Source: Chlamydiota bacterium | GTDB lineage: Bacteria > Chlamydiota > Chlamydiia > Chlamydiales > SM23-39 | Direction of reading: 5' to 3' | NCBI GenBank assembly: GCA_027451585.1 | Contig: DAIDIZ010000024.1 | Location: forward strand, 1 to 55,957 | DNA length: 55,957 nucleotides | Shown here: in pieces, positions 8,778 through 19,784 of the stretch | Layout: the number at the start of each line of letters is the position of its first letter | How positions within the stretch are numbered: position 1 is the stretch's first letter | The notes under the pieces: generated by a model | What the model was told of the DNA's origin: nothing | What the model saw: only the letters and a program-made list of their open reading frames with translations | Databases searched by the model: none | Position numbers and translations under genes: made by a program

Positions 8778-9908
8778 TCAGGAAAAGAAACTCTTGATTT
8801 TTCTTATGAGAAGAACCCCCTGTTCAACGATCCAAAAGAGAGGTCTTCCTATGATTTTTCGGAAGAGTTCTCCTACAAAGGAAATTGAGTTTCTTCGTTG
8901 ATTATTGAGGAGTCGATCGAGCTTTTCTGGATCTTTGTATTGAGTCACCTTATACGTTGTCGGAAAAGAGGGGAAAATGCGTGTAGAATGGAGTCTAATT
9001 TCAAACCGATCCTGCTCAGGAAACTCGATATGGAAAAGTTCTGTCTGTAGAAGAGAATCTCTCGCTTGACATCCCAGATGTCTTTCTCCAAAGTGGGGAA
9101 CTGGGTCCCCCATGATTTGGAAAAATTGTAGGGATAAAGGCTCTTCTAGAGGAGTATTTTGAAGGTTTTTTGCAAATCGGTCCGTGATGGCAGAAGAGAT
9201 TCCGGGACTGCTGTGGAACACTCCTTGAGATACATTTCTGAAGTGTTCTGCAATAAATAGTTCTGCGTGAGCTCCTCCTAGACTAAAACCTGAAACTTTA
9301 ATTTTTTGCTTAGGGTTTCGGAAAGTTGGATCGTTCATCAAATTTTCGAGAGCTTCTTTACAGCTATTCCATCCCCGTTCTCCTAATCCATGATCGAGAT
9401 CATTCTGGACAGATTCTAGTCCCTGATGTCCTGCGATCACGTCGGGCTGGGTTCCTCGGAAAATCAAAAACGGTGAAAGGCCGTCTTGCTCTGGCGCAAG
9501 GGCGATAGCGACAAGTCCTTCTTTTTCAATCCTTGAATGAACTCTATAGACGGCTGTCCCTTCTCTCCCAGGAAGTTCAATTTTTGTATTTACAGGTAGG
9601 TCTTTAAAGGCTTTGTCCTTCACAAAATCTTCTAGCCAACCATTGATCGGATCGGTAACCCAGTTGCCATCTTCTTGAATACCAAGAAAATTCTTTGCCC
9701 AAGGCGCTTGGGAAAAAGAGGGCTCAACCCAAGAAATCTCTTCTCTATGCGGAATAGGTTTCAATTTGTCTAGCAAATGCTTCGCCGCGGGAAATAGGGC
9801 TTCTAGATAGTTTGCGGAGAATTTTGTAGCTTTCTGAGTGCTCGATTGTTCCGTAGTGAGGGTAAAAAGAGATTTGCTGAGTAAGTTGAATATTCTTGTT
9901 ATTATCAT
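8778..9908 (-). CDS. Class-3 lipase-like alpha/beta hydrolase
   Basis: FRGT, nucleophile elbow GFSLGGAHA, GDPVP, and a downstream His. Confidence 0.8.
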   Translation of the reverse strand: MIITRIFNLLSKSLFTLTTEQSSTQKATKFSANYLEALFPAAKHLLDKLKPIPHREEISWVEPSFSQAPWAKNFLGIQEDGNWVTDPINGWLEDFVKDKAFKDLPVNTKIELPGREGTAVYRVHSRIEKEGLVAIALAPEQDGLSPFLIFRGTQPDVIAGHQGLESVQNDLDHGLGERGWNSCKEALENLMNDPTFRNPKQKIKVSGFSLGGAHAELFIAEHFRNVSQGVFHSSPGISSAITDRFAKNLQNTPLEEPLSLQFFQIMGDPVPHFGERHLGCQARDSLLQTELFHIEFPEQDRFEIRLHSTRIFPSFPTTYKVTQYKDPEKLDRLLNNQRRNSISFVGELFRKIIGRPLFWIVEQGVLLIRKIKSFFS

Positions 9909-9986
9909 TTTTGTTTACCTTTTTATATATTGTAATTCTTTTGTTGTTTTTTGTGTTATTATAAATAAATATTGAGAATGGTTGTT

Positions 9987-10004
9987 CCGGAAATGATTCA
10001 AAAG
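9987..10004. repeat. Remnant terminal repeat of palindromic element family B
   Basis: CCGGAAATGATTCAAAAG is identical to 24715..24732. Confidence 0.6.
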
Positions 10005-10025
10005 ACGCCCGTCAGATGAAGGCTC

Positions 10026-10090
10026 TATACTTGTTCCACTCCAAAGATCCGATTTAAAGCTATTAAAAAAATTGGGGTGGAACGAGTATA
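10026..10090. repeat. Palindromic MITE-like element family A
   Basis: TATACTTGTTCCACTCCAA ... TTGGGGTGGAACGAGTATA inverted repeats; overlaps the prmA 3' end. Confidence 0.8.
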
Positions 10091-10659
10091 AACGTCCAGC
10101 TCAACCATTCCCCCCTTTGCCTCTCTTCTAGGGGGGTCCAATTCCAAGCTCTGGTTTGTTTTAGATAGGTCTCTTTTTGTTGTTTTAAGATGCCTGAGAC
10201 GATCCAAAGCTTAGCATGGGGAATGAATTGGGTGGGGTTCACTTCCCTTTGCTCAGGGTAAATCATATTCATCAGGAAGACGCTAGGTGGGAGGTTTTGC
10301 GGGCAGTTAAGTAAAAATTGGGATTGTCCTTCGAGGTTATTGAGGTAACTATTTTTTTGGGCATGGGCGATGGCCTCCGGATCGATATCGATGCCGATTG
10401 CGTGAGAGGCTCCAAGAAGGAGCGCCGCGAGAGAGAGGATGCCGCTGCCGGTTCCAATATCTACAATGGATTCTCCTCGGATCCGATTTTGCATCATCTC
10501 AAGCATTAAGTGGGTAGTAGGATGGGAGAGATCGCCAAATCCGGCTCCTGGGTAGAGAAGGAGGGTCTTGTTTTTCCCAAAGCGGGAGAGGTCGATATGG
10601 GCTTTTCCGTCGTGGAAATTTTCGGCAAAGAGTTCCCATTGTTTTTCCCAATCGATCAT
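10063..10659 (-). CDS. prmA: Ribosomal protein L11 methyltransferase-like (short form)
   Basis: [26 protein letters not shown] and SGIL motifs. Start placed at the ATGA overlap with recQ. Confidence 0.8.
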   Translation of the reverse strand: MIDWEKQWELFAENFHDGKAHIDLSRFGKNKTLLLYPGAGFGDLSHPTTHLMLEMMQNRIRGESIVDIGTGSGILSLAALLLGASHAIGIDIDPEAIAHAQKNSYLNNLEGQSQFLLNCPQNLPPSVFLMNMIYPEQREVNPTQFIPHAKLWIVSGILKQQKETYLKQTRAWNWTPLEERQRGEWLSWTFILVPPQFF

Positions 10660-12665
10660 ATGAACCCAGGGGCGCCTAGGCGCCATTTCACATTGGCGAG
10701 GGTAAAGGGAATGAGGATGGGTTTATCGCCGTTTTCTCTCAAGGCTCGTGCAGCTTCTTTCAGGGTGGCCCCGCTGCCTGTGTAGTCGTCAAAAAGGAGG
10801 ATGGGTCCTTCGGGGAGTTTTCGGGTAGAGACCATTTTCTTGTGGACGTTGGCTTTTCGTTGGTCGTTGTTGAGGAGTTCTCCTTGTCGTTTTTCTGGAG
10901 TTTCTTTCCACTCTAGGCAGTCGATCATGGGGATCTCTAGGTAGTTTGCGATCTGAGAGGTTGCATGAAGTCTTGCTTTCCAAGTAAGAGAGGGAACCGG
11001 AACGATCGCTGCGTAGGACCCTTTGTGAAGATGTTTTTTGCAAAGAGAGAAAATTTCTTCATCGAGGGTTTCAGCTGTCTGTCGATTTTGCATGAAGTGA
11101 ATGAAAAGAGGGGATCGAAGGCGGCTATCGAAGAGGGAAATCCCTTCATTCAAATGGGCGATTTTCGCAGCGGGAATGACGATGGGTTTTTCTTGAATCC
11201 AAGCGTCGATATTTGCTGTGGCGCCTCTATCGAGAGAGGGGAGGGGAGTGGGTTTACAAAGATCGCATCTACCGCAGAAAGTGGGGGTTTGGTCTCCCAG
11301 GGTTTTTCGTAGGGTGGCCATTCGACAGCCTTGAGATAGCTTGGCATAACGGACCATTCGTTTGAGTTCTTCTTCCTTGATTTGGAGTTGCGCCTCGAAT
11401 CGAGAGAGATTAAGTTTCTTTTCTTGGGGCAGCTTCCGGTAGATTTGAGTTTTCCCTTTGAGTTCTTTGGTGAGAAACCCTTGTTCGATGAGCTCCGCGA
11501 TGATGAGATGGACTCGAGTAGGGTGGAGTCCTGTCTTCTGTTTGATGTCAGAAAGGGAAAGTCCATCGGCGAGGTTTAAGATGATCTCAAAATTGCTTTT
11601 CTCTGGGATAGAGGAGGTGATGAAGTACTCTTGGATGTTTCTGTCTACAAAGTCGTAAAGGAGAATCCCTTTTGCTGGGAGGTTATCTCTGCCCGCACGT
11701 CCTACTTCTTGGTAGTAGGCGGTGATCGAACCGGGAATGTCGAAGTGGATGATGGTTCGAATATTGGGTTTGTCGATCCCCATTCCGAGGGCGTTGGTCG
11801 CTGCAATGGCTTGGTATTCGTCTTTTAGAAAAGCTGTTTGAATCGCTTTTTTCTCTTGAGGTTCAATCCCCGCATGATAGGCAACCGAGCGGATTTTTCG
11901 TTTGTTCAGGTGCTCCGCGACGAGCTCTGTATTCTCTCGGGTGGCGCAATAGATGAGAGCGGTTCCTCCTGAGAGGAGCTGTTCCATGAGTTGGAGTTTG
12001 GCAGCAAGACCTCTTGTTTCAAGAACGGAAAGGGTCAGATTGGGCCTGTCGAGGCTTTCGCGAATGACTTTTGTAGCATGGATCTGCTGTTGAATATCGG
12101 CTTCACATTTTGTATCAGCTGTCGCCGTAAGCGCAAGAACACGCGGATTTTTCTCTTTAAGAGCTTCGAGTAAGTAGATGATTTGTCGGTAGCTGGGACG
12201 AAAATCGTGTCCCCAGGTGGAGATGCAATGGGCTTCGTCAATGACAAGAAGGGAAATGGGAAGCGATCGGAGAAAGGCTATTTTCTCTACATGATCGAGT
12301 TGCTCGGGAGAAATAAAGAGAATTTTGAGCTTCCCTTCGAGGGCGAGGTTTCTTGTATTTTCATTTTCTTCTCTTTCTTGGTCGCTGTTGATCGATCCTG
12401 CGGTAATCCCAAAACGGTCTTGGAGTTGTGCGATTTGATCGCGCATGAGAGCGAGCAAGGGAGAGATAACGAGGGTGATGCCGGGAAGAAGAAGAGAGGG
12501 GAATTGGTAGAGAAGCGATTTGCCTCTCCCGGTCGGCAGGATGCAGAGGATTCTTTTCTCTGTTGAAAGGGCTTGGAGTGCTTCGAGTTGACCTTCTCGG
12601 AAGGAAGAAAATCCAAATCGCTTTTGGAGAACTCCTATCCACTGCGCCGTTTTCGTGTCGATCAT
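10656..12665 (-). CDS. recQ: RecQ-family helicase with C-terminal PRTase (ComF-like) domain
   Basis: [47 protein letters not shown]; C-terminal [13 protein letters not shown]. Confidence 0.9.
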   Translation of the reverse strand: MIDTKTAQWIGVLQKRFGFSSFREGQLEALQALSTEKRILCILPTGRGKSLLYQFPSLLLPGITLVISPLLALMRDQIAQLQDRFGITAGSINSDQEREENENTRNLALEGKLKILFISPEQLDHVEKIAFLRSLPISLLVIDEAHCISTWGHDFRPSYRQIIYLLEALKEKNPRVLALTATADTKCEADIQQQIHATKVIRESLDRPNLTLSVLETRGLAAKLQLMEQLLSGGTALIYCATRENTELVAEHLNKRKIRSVAYHAGIEPQEKKAIQTAFLKDEYQAIAATNALGMGIDKPNIRTIIHFDIPGSITAYYQEVGRAGRDNLPAKGILLYDFVDRNIQEYFITSSIPEKSNFEIILNLADGLSLSDIKQKTGLHPTRVHLIIAELIEQGFLTKELKGKTQIYRKLPQEKKLNLSRFEAQLQIKEEELKRMVRYAKLSQGCRMATLRKTLGDQTPTFCGRCDLCKPTPLPSLDRGATANIDAWIQEKPIVIPAAKIAHLNEGISLFDSRLRSPLFIHFMQNRQTAETLDEEIFSLCKKHLHKGSYAAIVPVPSLTWKARLHATSQIANYLEIPMIDCLEWKETPEKRQGELLNNDQRKANVHKKMVSTRKLPEGPILLFDDYTGSGATLKEAARALRENGDKPILIPFTLANVKWRLGAPGFI

Positions 12666-13720
12666 GAAAGGCTCGCTGTTTTTTCAGGGAACAAGAACTC
12701 GAGGATCCGTTCGACGGCTCTTTGATGCCAATAGAGTTGGGCTAAGTGGTGGTAGGTTTTTGAAAGCTCTTCAAATCCTACTTTTGGCTCCAGACGAAGA
12801 ATGATATCGTGGCGGATTTTACTGTGCAAACCAGCCTCTTCAGGAATAATCGCATCATCGGGATGGTAGATTACCATCTTGTCGCCGGAACAGCGTAAAA
12901 AAGCCTCTGCAGGCGATGCTTTGTAGCCTTGGAGAGAAAAAAGCCAGTTCATCATCGATCCTAAAAAACCTCCGCCAAAACGGAGCTTGACCATCTCTTC
13001 AGAAGAACCAAAAGAGCGGTCATTGATGAGTTTCCCGCAGAGATGTTCGGTATCGAGCGCTTTGGTAAATGAGGCGATTGCTCCCCCAAGAGAAAACCCG
13101 TAAAAATGGATCTGCGATCCGGGGGTTTTCATTCTTCTTTTCACCCATTCAACAATAGAGTAGCCATCGAGAATAAGATCTTTTGGCTCTCGAAAAATCC
13201 CCTTCGAACTGCCGATCCCTCGATAGTCGAAGAGAACGAGATTGCAAGGGATATCGGCTTCGATCGCTTTTTCTAGTAGAGAAAGGGGGGTTTCTCGAGA
13301 AAGTTGGCAATTGCCGTTGAAAAAGATGATGGTGGGGGTATTTGTTTGTTGTACATGCTGAAGGCAAAGAGCATCTAATTCGGCTCCATCAGGGGTGATC
13401 ACTTTTTCGTTCACAACAGAGTAATGGGCTCGGATGGTTTGATTTTCTTCTGTGATCGGACCGTACCAAAAGGTTTTAAACGCTTCATTTACTTCCAAAA
13501 GGTGTTTAGAAGAGATCCGGTAAGTAGCGGGAAGAGTGATTCTTCTCGCGATCAATTTGATCGCATAATTGGCTATCCGGATGAGGCCTATCTCAAAATA
13601 CACGCAGGAAATGATGTTGAGCGCAATTTTCAGGATTCTGGAAAGAAGATCGTCTTCTGAACGCAGGGGGGCTGTTTCTTCACTCCATTCAACGAGGAAA
13701 GGGGATTGTTCAATTTTCAT
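12662..13720 (-). CDS. Alpha/beta hydrolase (chlamydial CHLPS/DUF818-like)
   Basis: [22 protein letters not shown], acidic DAII and C-terminal His. Confidence 0.8.
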   Translation of the reverse strand: MKIEQSPFLVEWSEETAPLRSEDDLLSRILKIALNIISCVYFEIGLIRIANYAIKLIARRITLPATYRISSKHLLEVNEAFKTFWYGPITEENQTIRAHYSVVNEKVITPDGAELDALCLQHVQQTNTPTIIFFNGNCQLSRETPLSLLEKAIEADIPCNLVLFDYRGIGSSKGIFREPKDLILDGYSIVEWVKRRMKTPGSQIHFYGFSLGGAIASFTKALDTEHLCGKLINDRSFGSSEEMVKLRFGGGFLGSMMNWLFSLQGYKASPAEAFLRCSGDKMVIYHPDDAIIPEEAGLHSKIRHDIILRLEPKVGFEELSKTYHHLAQLYWHQRAVERILEFLFPEKTASLS

Positions 13721-13723
13721 TTT

Positions 13724-15073
13724 TCACCCTTTTTGTAGTTTTACAATAGTTTCAACATGAGAAGTTTGTGGAAACATATCAAAAGGCTCCACATGAACTA
13801 TGGTATAGCCAGCCTCTTTAAGCAGGCTAAGATCTCTTGCTAAAGTGGCCGGATCACATGAGATATAGAGGAGTGTTTTGATCTGTTTTTTGATGATTTT
13901 TTGTAAAAATAGAGGATCTGCTCCTTTACGAGGAGGGTTGATGAGGGCGATATCAATGGATCTGAGCTGATCGATTTCCTGTTCGGCCTTTCCAAGAATA
14001 AAGGAAGCGTTCAAAATTCCGTTTCTCTTCCCATTTTCTCTTGCGTCTTGAATTGCCTTTGGGATGCACTCGATCCCGATCGTTTTTTTGGCTTGCTTTG
14101 CAAAAAGAAGACAGAGAGTTCCCACTCCACAGTAAGCATCGAGAACGGTGTCGGTTTTCCTGACGCAAGAAAGCTCTAAGGCTTTTTGATAGAGTTGTTC
14201 GGCCTGCTTGGGATTTACTTGAAAAAACGATTCGGCAGAGATCGAAAAGCGAAGGCCTAAGATCTCTTCCTCGATGGTGGGGCTCCCTATTAAAACGGTC
14301 CCTTGAGAGCCCAGGATTACATTCGTTTCTTTGGCCTGGATATTGTGAACTACCCCTCGGATCGCCGGGTCTTGACGGAAGATCGTTTCTGCCAAAGACC
14401 GAATAGGGGGAGAAGGTTTTTGTTTTGTGATAAGAGCAATGAGAACTTGATCGGTGTGATGAGTGTTTTTGATGAGGACGTGGCAGAGTTCTCCGGTGCC
14501 AGTTTGCGGATCGTAAGGAAGAACAGGGCCTTCCTTGATCAAAGGGCGGATCGCGGAGTAGATTTTTTCCCCAAGATCTGAATGGATGAAACAGTGGTCC
14601 ACTTCGATGAGATCGTGAGATCCCTTTACATAGAGGCCTATCGCATTTCCTTGCGGCCCTGGTCTCACCGGGAGCTGGATTTTATTTCGATAGCCAATCG
14701 GAAGCGGAGACGCTCTACAGGGAAGCACTGGTGTTTCAATTTTTCCGATTCGTTTGAGGGCGTCGATCACTTTTTGTCTCTTGGATTCAAGCTGTTTTTC
14801 ATAAGCAAGGTGCATGAGTTGACATCCCCCACAAGATCCAAATAGAGGGCAAATGGGATCGACTCGATCGACAGAGGATTTCAAAATGGCGAGGAGTTTG
14901 CCTCTTGCGTAGTTCTTTTTTGACTCCACTATGGCCACTTTTACTATTTCAGAAGGGAGGGCTCCATCAACAAAGAGGGTCAATCCTCCTAAGTTCCCGA
15001 CCCCTTGGCCATCACTTGCAAGTCTTTGAATGTCAATTAAGTGTGTTGATCCGACGGAAGTTCGATGGGCCAT
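13724..15073 (-). CDS. rlmD: 23S rRNA (uracil-C5)-methyltransferase with TRAM domain
   Basis: C..F..CGGC Fe-S motif, SFFQVN, DAYCGVG, PPRKG, YISCDPATLARD, DMFPQTSHVE. Start uncertain (15073 or 15100). Confidence 0.93.
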   Translation of the reverse strand: MAHRTSVGSTHLIDIQRLASDGQGVGNLGGLTLFVDGALPSEIVKVAIVESKKNYARGKLLAILKSSVDRVDPICPLFGSCGGCQLMHLAYEKQLESKRQKVIDALKRIGKIETPVLPCRASPLPIGYRNKIQLPVRPGPQGNAIGLYVKGSHDLIEVDHCFIHSDLGEKIYSAIRPLIKEGPVLPYDPQTGTGELCHVLIKNTHHTDQVLIALITKQKPSPPIRSLAETIFRQDPAIRGVVHNIQAKETNVILGSQGTVLIGSPTIEEEILGLRFSISAESFFQVNPKQAEQLYQKALELSCVRKTDTVLDAYCGVGTLCLLFAKQAKKTIGIECIPKAIQDARENGKRNGILNASFILGKAEQEIDQLRSIDIALINPPRKGADPLFLQKIIKKQIKTLLYISCDPATLARDLSLLKEAGYTIVHVEPFDMFPQTSHVETIVKLQKG

Positions 15074-15211
15074 TTTATCTGCGAATGATGATCCGTACAT
15101 TTTACAGGGAGCGGGTAAAAGGGGCAAGGATTTAAACGGTGGAATTTTTGTATTAGATTTCGGTATATTTCTTCCTCATCAAAGAATGGTTTTTGGGGAA
15201 AAGAAAGTAAA

Positions 15212-16672
15212 ATGAGAACGCCAAGTCCTTATAAATTTTTTTGCTCATTTTATCACGTGAATACGTATTTGCCTTTAGTAGATCTAAGTCCGAACAAATT
15301 AGATCGGCACTTATTTAAAAATGAACATCCGAAAGAGGCTGCCATCGCACAGAGGTTAATCTCTGTACCAGAGGTTCAACAAATTCTGTCGTCTCCTCTC
15401 GCTTATGAGATGGATAAGATCCGGGAAAGAAATGCGATTCTCGAAAAATATGGCTTTAAACTGCTGAGCAGTAAACCAGGTGGGGATGGCAACAGCGTTC
15501 CTTTCTATAGCGTCAGTGAGCATGGAGAATTGCCAGGCTGGATCATCAAGTCGGGCGCTATTAGAGTCACAGAGGACCGGTTTGTTGTAGGACCTCATGA
15601 CGATAGAAACGAAATGGTTTTTTTTACTGCGGAAGATAGTCTTCTCAGAATAGCCATGGTGGAACGGATCAAACAGATAGCTGAGGAATGCAATATTGAG
15701 GTAGTGATTCCGAAGAAAAAATTGGTTGAGTATGCGAATCTGGAGGGGGTGACAGAACCTACCAGGAGATACTGCGTCATTTGTGAAAAGATAGAGGTTT
15801 TAAGCGTTGAAGATACGGTGGAAGCGATTAAAGCGATGAAAGCAGATCAGCAAAGAGAAACTGCCAGAAAAATAGCGACTCTAGTGAAAAAAGTGGGTTT
15901 TGTCGATGCCTCTTTCCACAATATTCGCTTAACACCGAATGGGAAAATTGCTGTGATCGATACTGAGCCAGCAGGCCTCCTGATGGTAAAGCAGCCAGGA
16001 TACGAACCTGGTTTATTAGATTCATGGTCAATCCCGAGAGGGGCAAGCGTGGAAAAATGTGGAAGAATTGGTTTGTTTTCTCTGATGGGGCAAACATTGA
16101 AAGGATGTAGTCTTACGGGTAAAGATAAATCCGATGCACTGGAGTGTGAACCTGGCTTAGAAATTTTCCGCAAAGAGGTAGAAACTCACTATCAAAAAGC
16201 GGTGTGTCCAAAGTTGTCAAAAGAACGGATTGTACTCAGTATTGTGAGCCTTGGAATTCTTCCTCTGATCTATGCAATTATAGCGCTAGTAAAAACAATA
16301 CGTGCTGAAAACGCCTTCGATAAATTAATGGGCATAGATCGGAAGGCTTACAACACATTCTCCAACAATACTGGCTCTCTTCATCGTAAGGAATGGGAGT
16401 CTTTACAACAAGAGGCAATTGCAATCGACACAGCTGCTGCAAATCGTTCCTTTCCAAGCGAGATGGAGCGAGATCTATTTGCAAGAGAACATCAAGTAAA
16501 AATAGAGCAATTCAAAAATAAAGTAGAGAGGTTCAAACGACACGGTCGGAAAGAATTCGAAAAATACCAACGAGAAAGAGTTCCTGTTGTGAGGGATTTA
16601 TTTGCTTCTATTGAGTCTGTCCCCTACACATTTGGTTCATCTGTAGCGCTGGCAGCATTTCGAATCTCTTAA
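15212..16672 (+). CDS. Hypothetical kinase-like protein with C-terminal TM helix and coiled coil
   Basis: WIIK, GFVDASFHNI (catalytic-loop-like) and AVIDTE (DFG-like); hydrophobic IVLSIVSLGILPLIYAIIALV. Confidence 0.6.
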   Translation: MRTPSPYKFFCSFYHVNTYLPLVDLSPNKLDRHLFKNEHPKEAAIAQRLISVPEVQQILSSPLAYEMDKIRERNAILEKYGFKLLSSKPGGDGNSVPFYSVSEHGELPGWIIKSGAIRVTEDRFVVGPHDDRNEMVFFTAEDSLLRIAMVERIKQIAEECNIEVVIPKKKLVEYANLEGVTEPTRRYCVICEKIEVLSVEDTVEAIKAMKADQQRETARKIATLVKKVGFVDASFHNIRLTPNGKIAVIDTEPAGLLMVKQPGYEPGLLDSWSIPRGASVEKCGRIGLFSLMGQTLKGCSLTGKDKSDALECEPGLEIFRKEVETHYQKAVCPKLSKERIVLSIVSLGILPLIYAIIALVKTIRAENAFDKLMGIDRKAYNTFSNNTGSLHRKEWESLQQEAIAIDTAAANRSFPSEMERDLFAREHQVKIEQFKNKVERFKRHGRKEFEKYQRERVPVVRDLFASIESVPYTFGSSVALAAFRIS

Positions 16673-16694
16673 ATCTCATCGACTTCGATGGGGT

Positions 16695-17186
16695 CTAAAT
16701 TTCGGGGATAACGGGAACAAAAGTCTTCGTGTCGGGGAGTTTAAAATGAGCAGGGAGATCCTGCTTTGAAATGGGCTGCCATGTCTGGCTTCGGCCGAAG
16801 ATTAAAAGCTTTCCTCGGACGATGAGATTTTCGCCATCTCTCCACAGTTCTGCTTTGTAAACATCGCCATGTTCTGGATCTAAGATTTTTCCTTTGAATT
16901 TGGTTCCTGCATCTTCTAAGAACCAAATGATATCAAGACCGCTGTAGTAGGGAGAGTCTTTAAGTCCGGGAGCTTTCTCGACGGGTTTGTAGATGCTATC
17001 TTTGATGCTTCCTTTTTCATCGAAGGAGGCGATGATTCTTCCGTAGTAAAGAGAATCGTATTCATAGATGGCGATGATGCTCTGAGCAACTCCATTTTCG
17101 TTGATCGTTTTCCAAAATCCGCTAATATCCGCAGCCGCATACATCAGATTGAAAAAGAAGAGGAATAGGATGAATAATCTGTTCAT
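16695..17186 (-). CDS. DUF2147 secreted protein
   Basis: Signal peptide, G.WKT, GKILDPEHG..Y, L.VRG and GRSQTW. Confidence 0.88.
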   Translation of the reverse strand: MNRLFILFLFFFNLMYAAADISGFWKTINENGVAQSIIAIYEYDSLYYGRIIASFDEKGSIKDSIYKPVEKAPGLKDSPYYSGLDIIWFLEDAGTKFKGKILDPEHGDVYKAELWRDGENLIVRGKLLIFGRSQTWQPISKQDLPAHFKLPDTKTFVPVIPEI

Positions 17187-17277
17187 AAAATTTCTAATAA
17201 AAAATGTACGGTTTATTTGCAAGATCGACAAAAAAATCGACGATCGGGTATGTAGAAAGCTTTATGAGGAGTTATCT

Positions 17278-18099
17278 ATGATCTCTCTCTTCGCCTCTGC
17301 GATTTTGTCCCTAACACCCTCGGTTCAGGCGGCTAATCAATCACCGGTTACGCCAACAGAACAGATTCGAGTTCTTCCGGTTTCCAAAACACCTGAATCA
17401 AACACGGTTGTTTTGTCGATCGCATTGCCAAAAAATGGTGAGGTCAAGATGAAAAATCCGGTTTGGGTTCAATTTCGTCTAGATGGCTATCCTCTGGGAG
17501 CTGCTTCTCAGTTCGAACGAGCAAATGAGGTCGCTGTGAGTAGGATGGGGCAAACGGTTCATGTGATCATCGACGACCAACCCTATTTTGAGGTCAATTC
17601 TTCGACGATCGATCCGTTCAATGAAGATGGCTATTTTTACGATACCCGCTATGTATTTGAGATCCCTTATACATTGAAGCATGGTCTCCATACCATCCGG
17701 ATGTTTCCTACTCGATCTTATGGAGAAAGTTTAAAGGGAGAGAATACTTTCCAAACGGCTTATTTCTATTTAGGCGATAAAGAAGATGGACAGGTCCCTT
17801 CTTTTCAAGAGCCCTTCCTTACTTATAATGAACCAGGGGGTCAAACGCCCCTCAGCGAAAAACTCCCTATCTTGCTCGATTTTTACTTGAGCAACTGTGA
17901 ACTCACTCCAGATGGATATAAAGTTGTTCTTACGGTGGACGGAACCATCAAAAGAAACTTGACCTCTTGGCAGCCTTATTACATTTATGGCTTGAAAAGA
18001 GGCCAGCACACAATTCGTCTTCAGTTGGTCGATCGAAATGGACGGGTTCTCAAAGGTCCATTCAATGATGTCGAAAGGACCATCAATGTACGGAATTGA
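17278..18099 (+). CDS. Secreted hypothetical protein with two beta-sandwich-like repeats
   Basis: GAGGAG RBS, signal peptide, repeated LKHGLHTIR / LKRGQHTIR. Confidence 0.75.
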   Translation: MISLFASAILSLTPSVQAANQSPVTPTEQIRVLPVSKTPESNTVVLSIALPKNGEVKMKNPVWVQFRLDGYPLGAASQFERANEVAVSRMGQTVHVIIDDQPYFEVNSSTIDPFNEDGYFYDTRYVFEIPYTLKHGLHTIRMFPTRSYGESLKGENTFQTAYFYLGDKEDGQVPSFQEPFLTYNEPGGQTPLSEKLPILLDFYLSNCELTPDGYKVVLTVDGTIKRNLTSWQPYYIYGLKRGQHTIRLQLVDRNGRVLKGPFNDVERTINVRN

Positions 18100-18122
18100 T
18101 GTATTGTCCACTAAAGATTTTT

Positions 18123-19706
18123 CTAATAAATGGTATAAGCTCCCTCAATTAAAATACCTCCTGAGCTCGTCGTCTTTAGTCCTTCGATTTTAGGATTGAC
18201 AAGGAGTGAGGATTTCCAATGGTAAAGAGGAATGATGATTGCTGCCTCTTCTAAAAGCTCTTCAGCTTTATTAAGGAGTAGCTCTCTTTCTTGGAGATTA
18301 AGAGAAGATGATGCCTGGTAAAGAAGATCTCTGTATTCTTCGTTATTCCATTCAGGGTAATTTTTCGGGTTTGTCGTGTCTTTGAACCGTTCCAAGAGGT
18401 TGATTGGATCGTGGAATTGAGCAATCCAAGAAGCAAGCGCCAGGGTGTAGTCTCTGCTGTAGAGTTTTTGTACAAGCGATTTGGATTCCATCTGCTCGAT
18501 CTGGATCGTGATTCCAAGCGATTCTTCCCAAATTTTTTGCATCGCTTGAGCTAGTTTTTTATCGAGGGGATTTGCTTTATAATAGAGGGTGATCTCCCCA
18601 AGATCTTGCTTGGTGATCCGCATTTCTTCTAATGCGAGCTCTAGATAGTGTTGCCCCTTCTCTCTGTCTCCTTCCATTAGAGTGAGCGATTTTGTCTCTA
18701 GAGAAGGAGGAAGTAAGGTAAGAGCTGGGATTGCGTCGTTTTGTTCGATGAGCTGATGGATCAGAGGGTGGTCGAAAAGGGTCAGGGTAAATGCTTTTCG
18801 ACAGTTGGGGTTTTGAAAGGGAAATTGATTGACGTTCAGAGTGCAAAAAGTCGATGCGGCAATCGGAAAAGAGTGAAGGGAGAGTTTTTTTTTGGAAATC
18901 GCTTCTATTGGTAACGGGGTGAAAGGGCCTCCTACCAGATCGAGTTCCCCTCTTTCAAATAGCTGAAGGGTGGTTGCCTCATCGGGAATAATCGCAATGT
19001 CGATCTCATCTAAGAAAATCGAAGATGGGTTCCAGAACTGCCTGTTTTTCTTTAAAGTAAGATGTGAATGGGGCTTGGCTTCTTTGAGACAAAATGGGCC
19101 GTTGCAGACGATTTTATCGATTCTTCCATCCTCCCACCAACAGGTAGGCAAATCGATGTGAGAAGGAGCGGGGAGATACAGGGGAAAGGCGGTCAGAGAA
19201 AGGAAATAGGGAGTGGCATTTTCTAGCTCGACTTTGAGGGTCCTCTCATCGATAGCTAAAATCCCTACTTCATCAGTCGAGCAGACTCCAAGAGAACATC
19301 TCTGCGCATTTTTAATCGGGTAAAGAAGGTACGCAGAAGGGGAGGGGAAGTCGGGCTGTAAAAGAGTTTTCCATGATTTTTCAAAGTCCCATGCAGTAAC
19401 AGGATGGCCATCAGACCAATAAGAGGGACGCAGAAAAAAAAGGTAGGTTTTCCCATCCTCTGATATTTCAACCTGCTCAGCAAGAGCCATTTTCACTTCG
19501 GATCCACTGACGCAGCGGGTGAGACCTTCGAAGAGAAGACAAACAACCGTGGAGGAGAGGTAATCGGCGCTTTTTCTCGGATCAATGGTTGAAGGATCTG
19601 TGAAAAAGGAGGTTTTTAAGATGTGGGTTGAAGAGACGTTTTTCTCCTTACATCCTCCGAATGCCAAAAAAAGACACGATAGAAGAAAGAAGAGGGTAAA
19701 ATGCAT
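18123..19706 (-). CDS. oppA: Oligopeptide ABC transporter substrate-binding lipoprotein
   Basis: Lipobox FGGC, LFEGL, WSDGHPVTA.DF, NGPF, IIPLYH. Confidence 0.92.
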   Translation of the reverse strand: MHFTLFFLLSCLFLAFGGCKEKNVSSTHILKTSFFTDPSTIDPRKSADYLSSTVVCLLFEGLTRCVSGSEVKMALAEQVEISEDGKTYLFFLRPSYWSDGHPVTAWDFEKSWKTLLQPDFPSPSAYLLYPIKNAQRCSLGVCSTDEVGILAIDERTLKVELENATPYFLSLTAFPLYLPAPSHIDLPTCWWEDGRIDKIVCNGPFCLKEAKPHSHLTLKKNRQFWNPSSIFLDEIDIAIIPDEATTLQLFERGELDLVGGPFTPLPIEAISKKKLSLHSFPIAASTFCTLNVNQFPFQNPNCRKAFTLTLFDHPLIHQLIEQNDAIPALTLLPPSLETKSLTLMEGDREKGQHYLELALEEMRITKQDLGEITLYYKANPLDKKLAQAMQKIWEESLGITIQIEQMESKSLVQKLYSRDYTLALASWIAQFHDPINLLERFKDTTNPKNYPEWNNEEYRDLLYQASSSLNLQERELLLNKAEELLEEAAIIIPLYHWKSSLLVNPKIEGLKTTSSGGILIEGAYTIY

Positions 19707-19784
19707 GCGAGCGATTTTTGCAAAGAAGAGAATCTCTTGTCAATCGAAGATTTTTTTTGTATGATGCGGATGAATAGAGGGTCT

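Noticed and set aside
633-12665. SNF2 and RecQ helicases as a defence island
   Set aside because: Both sit among housekeeping genes with no nuclease, methylase or other defence partners.
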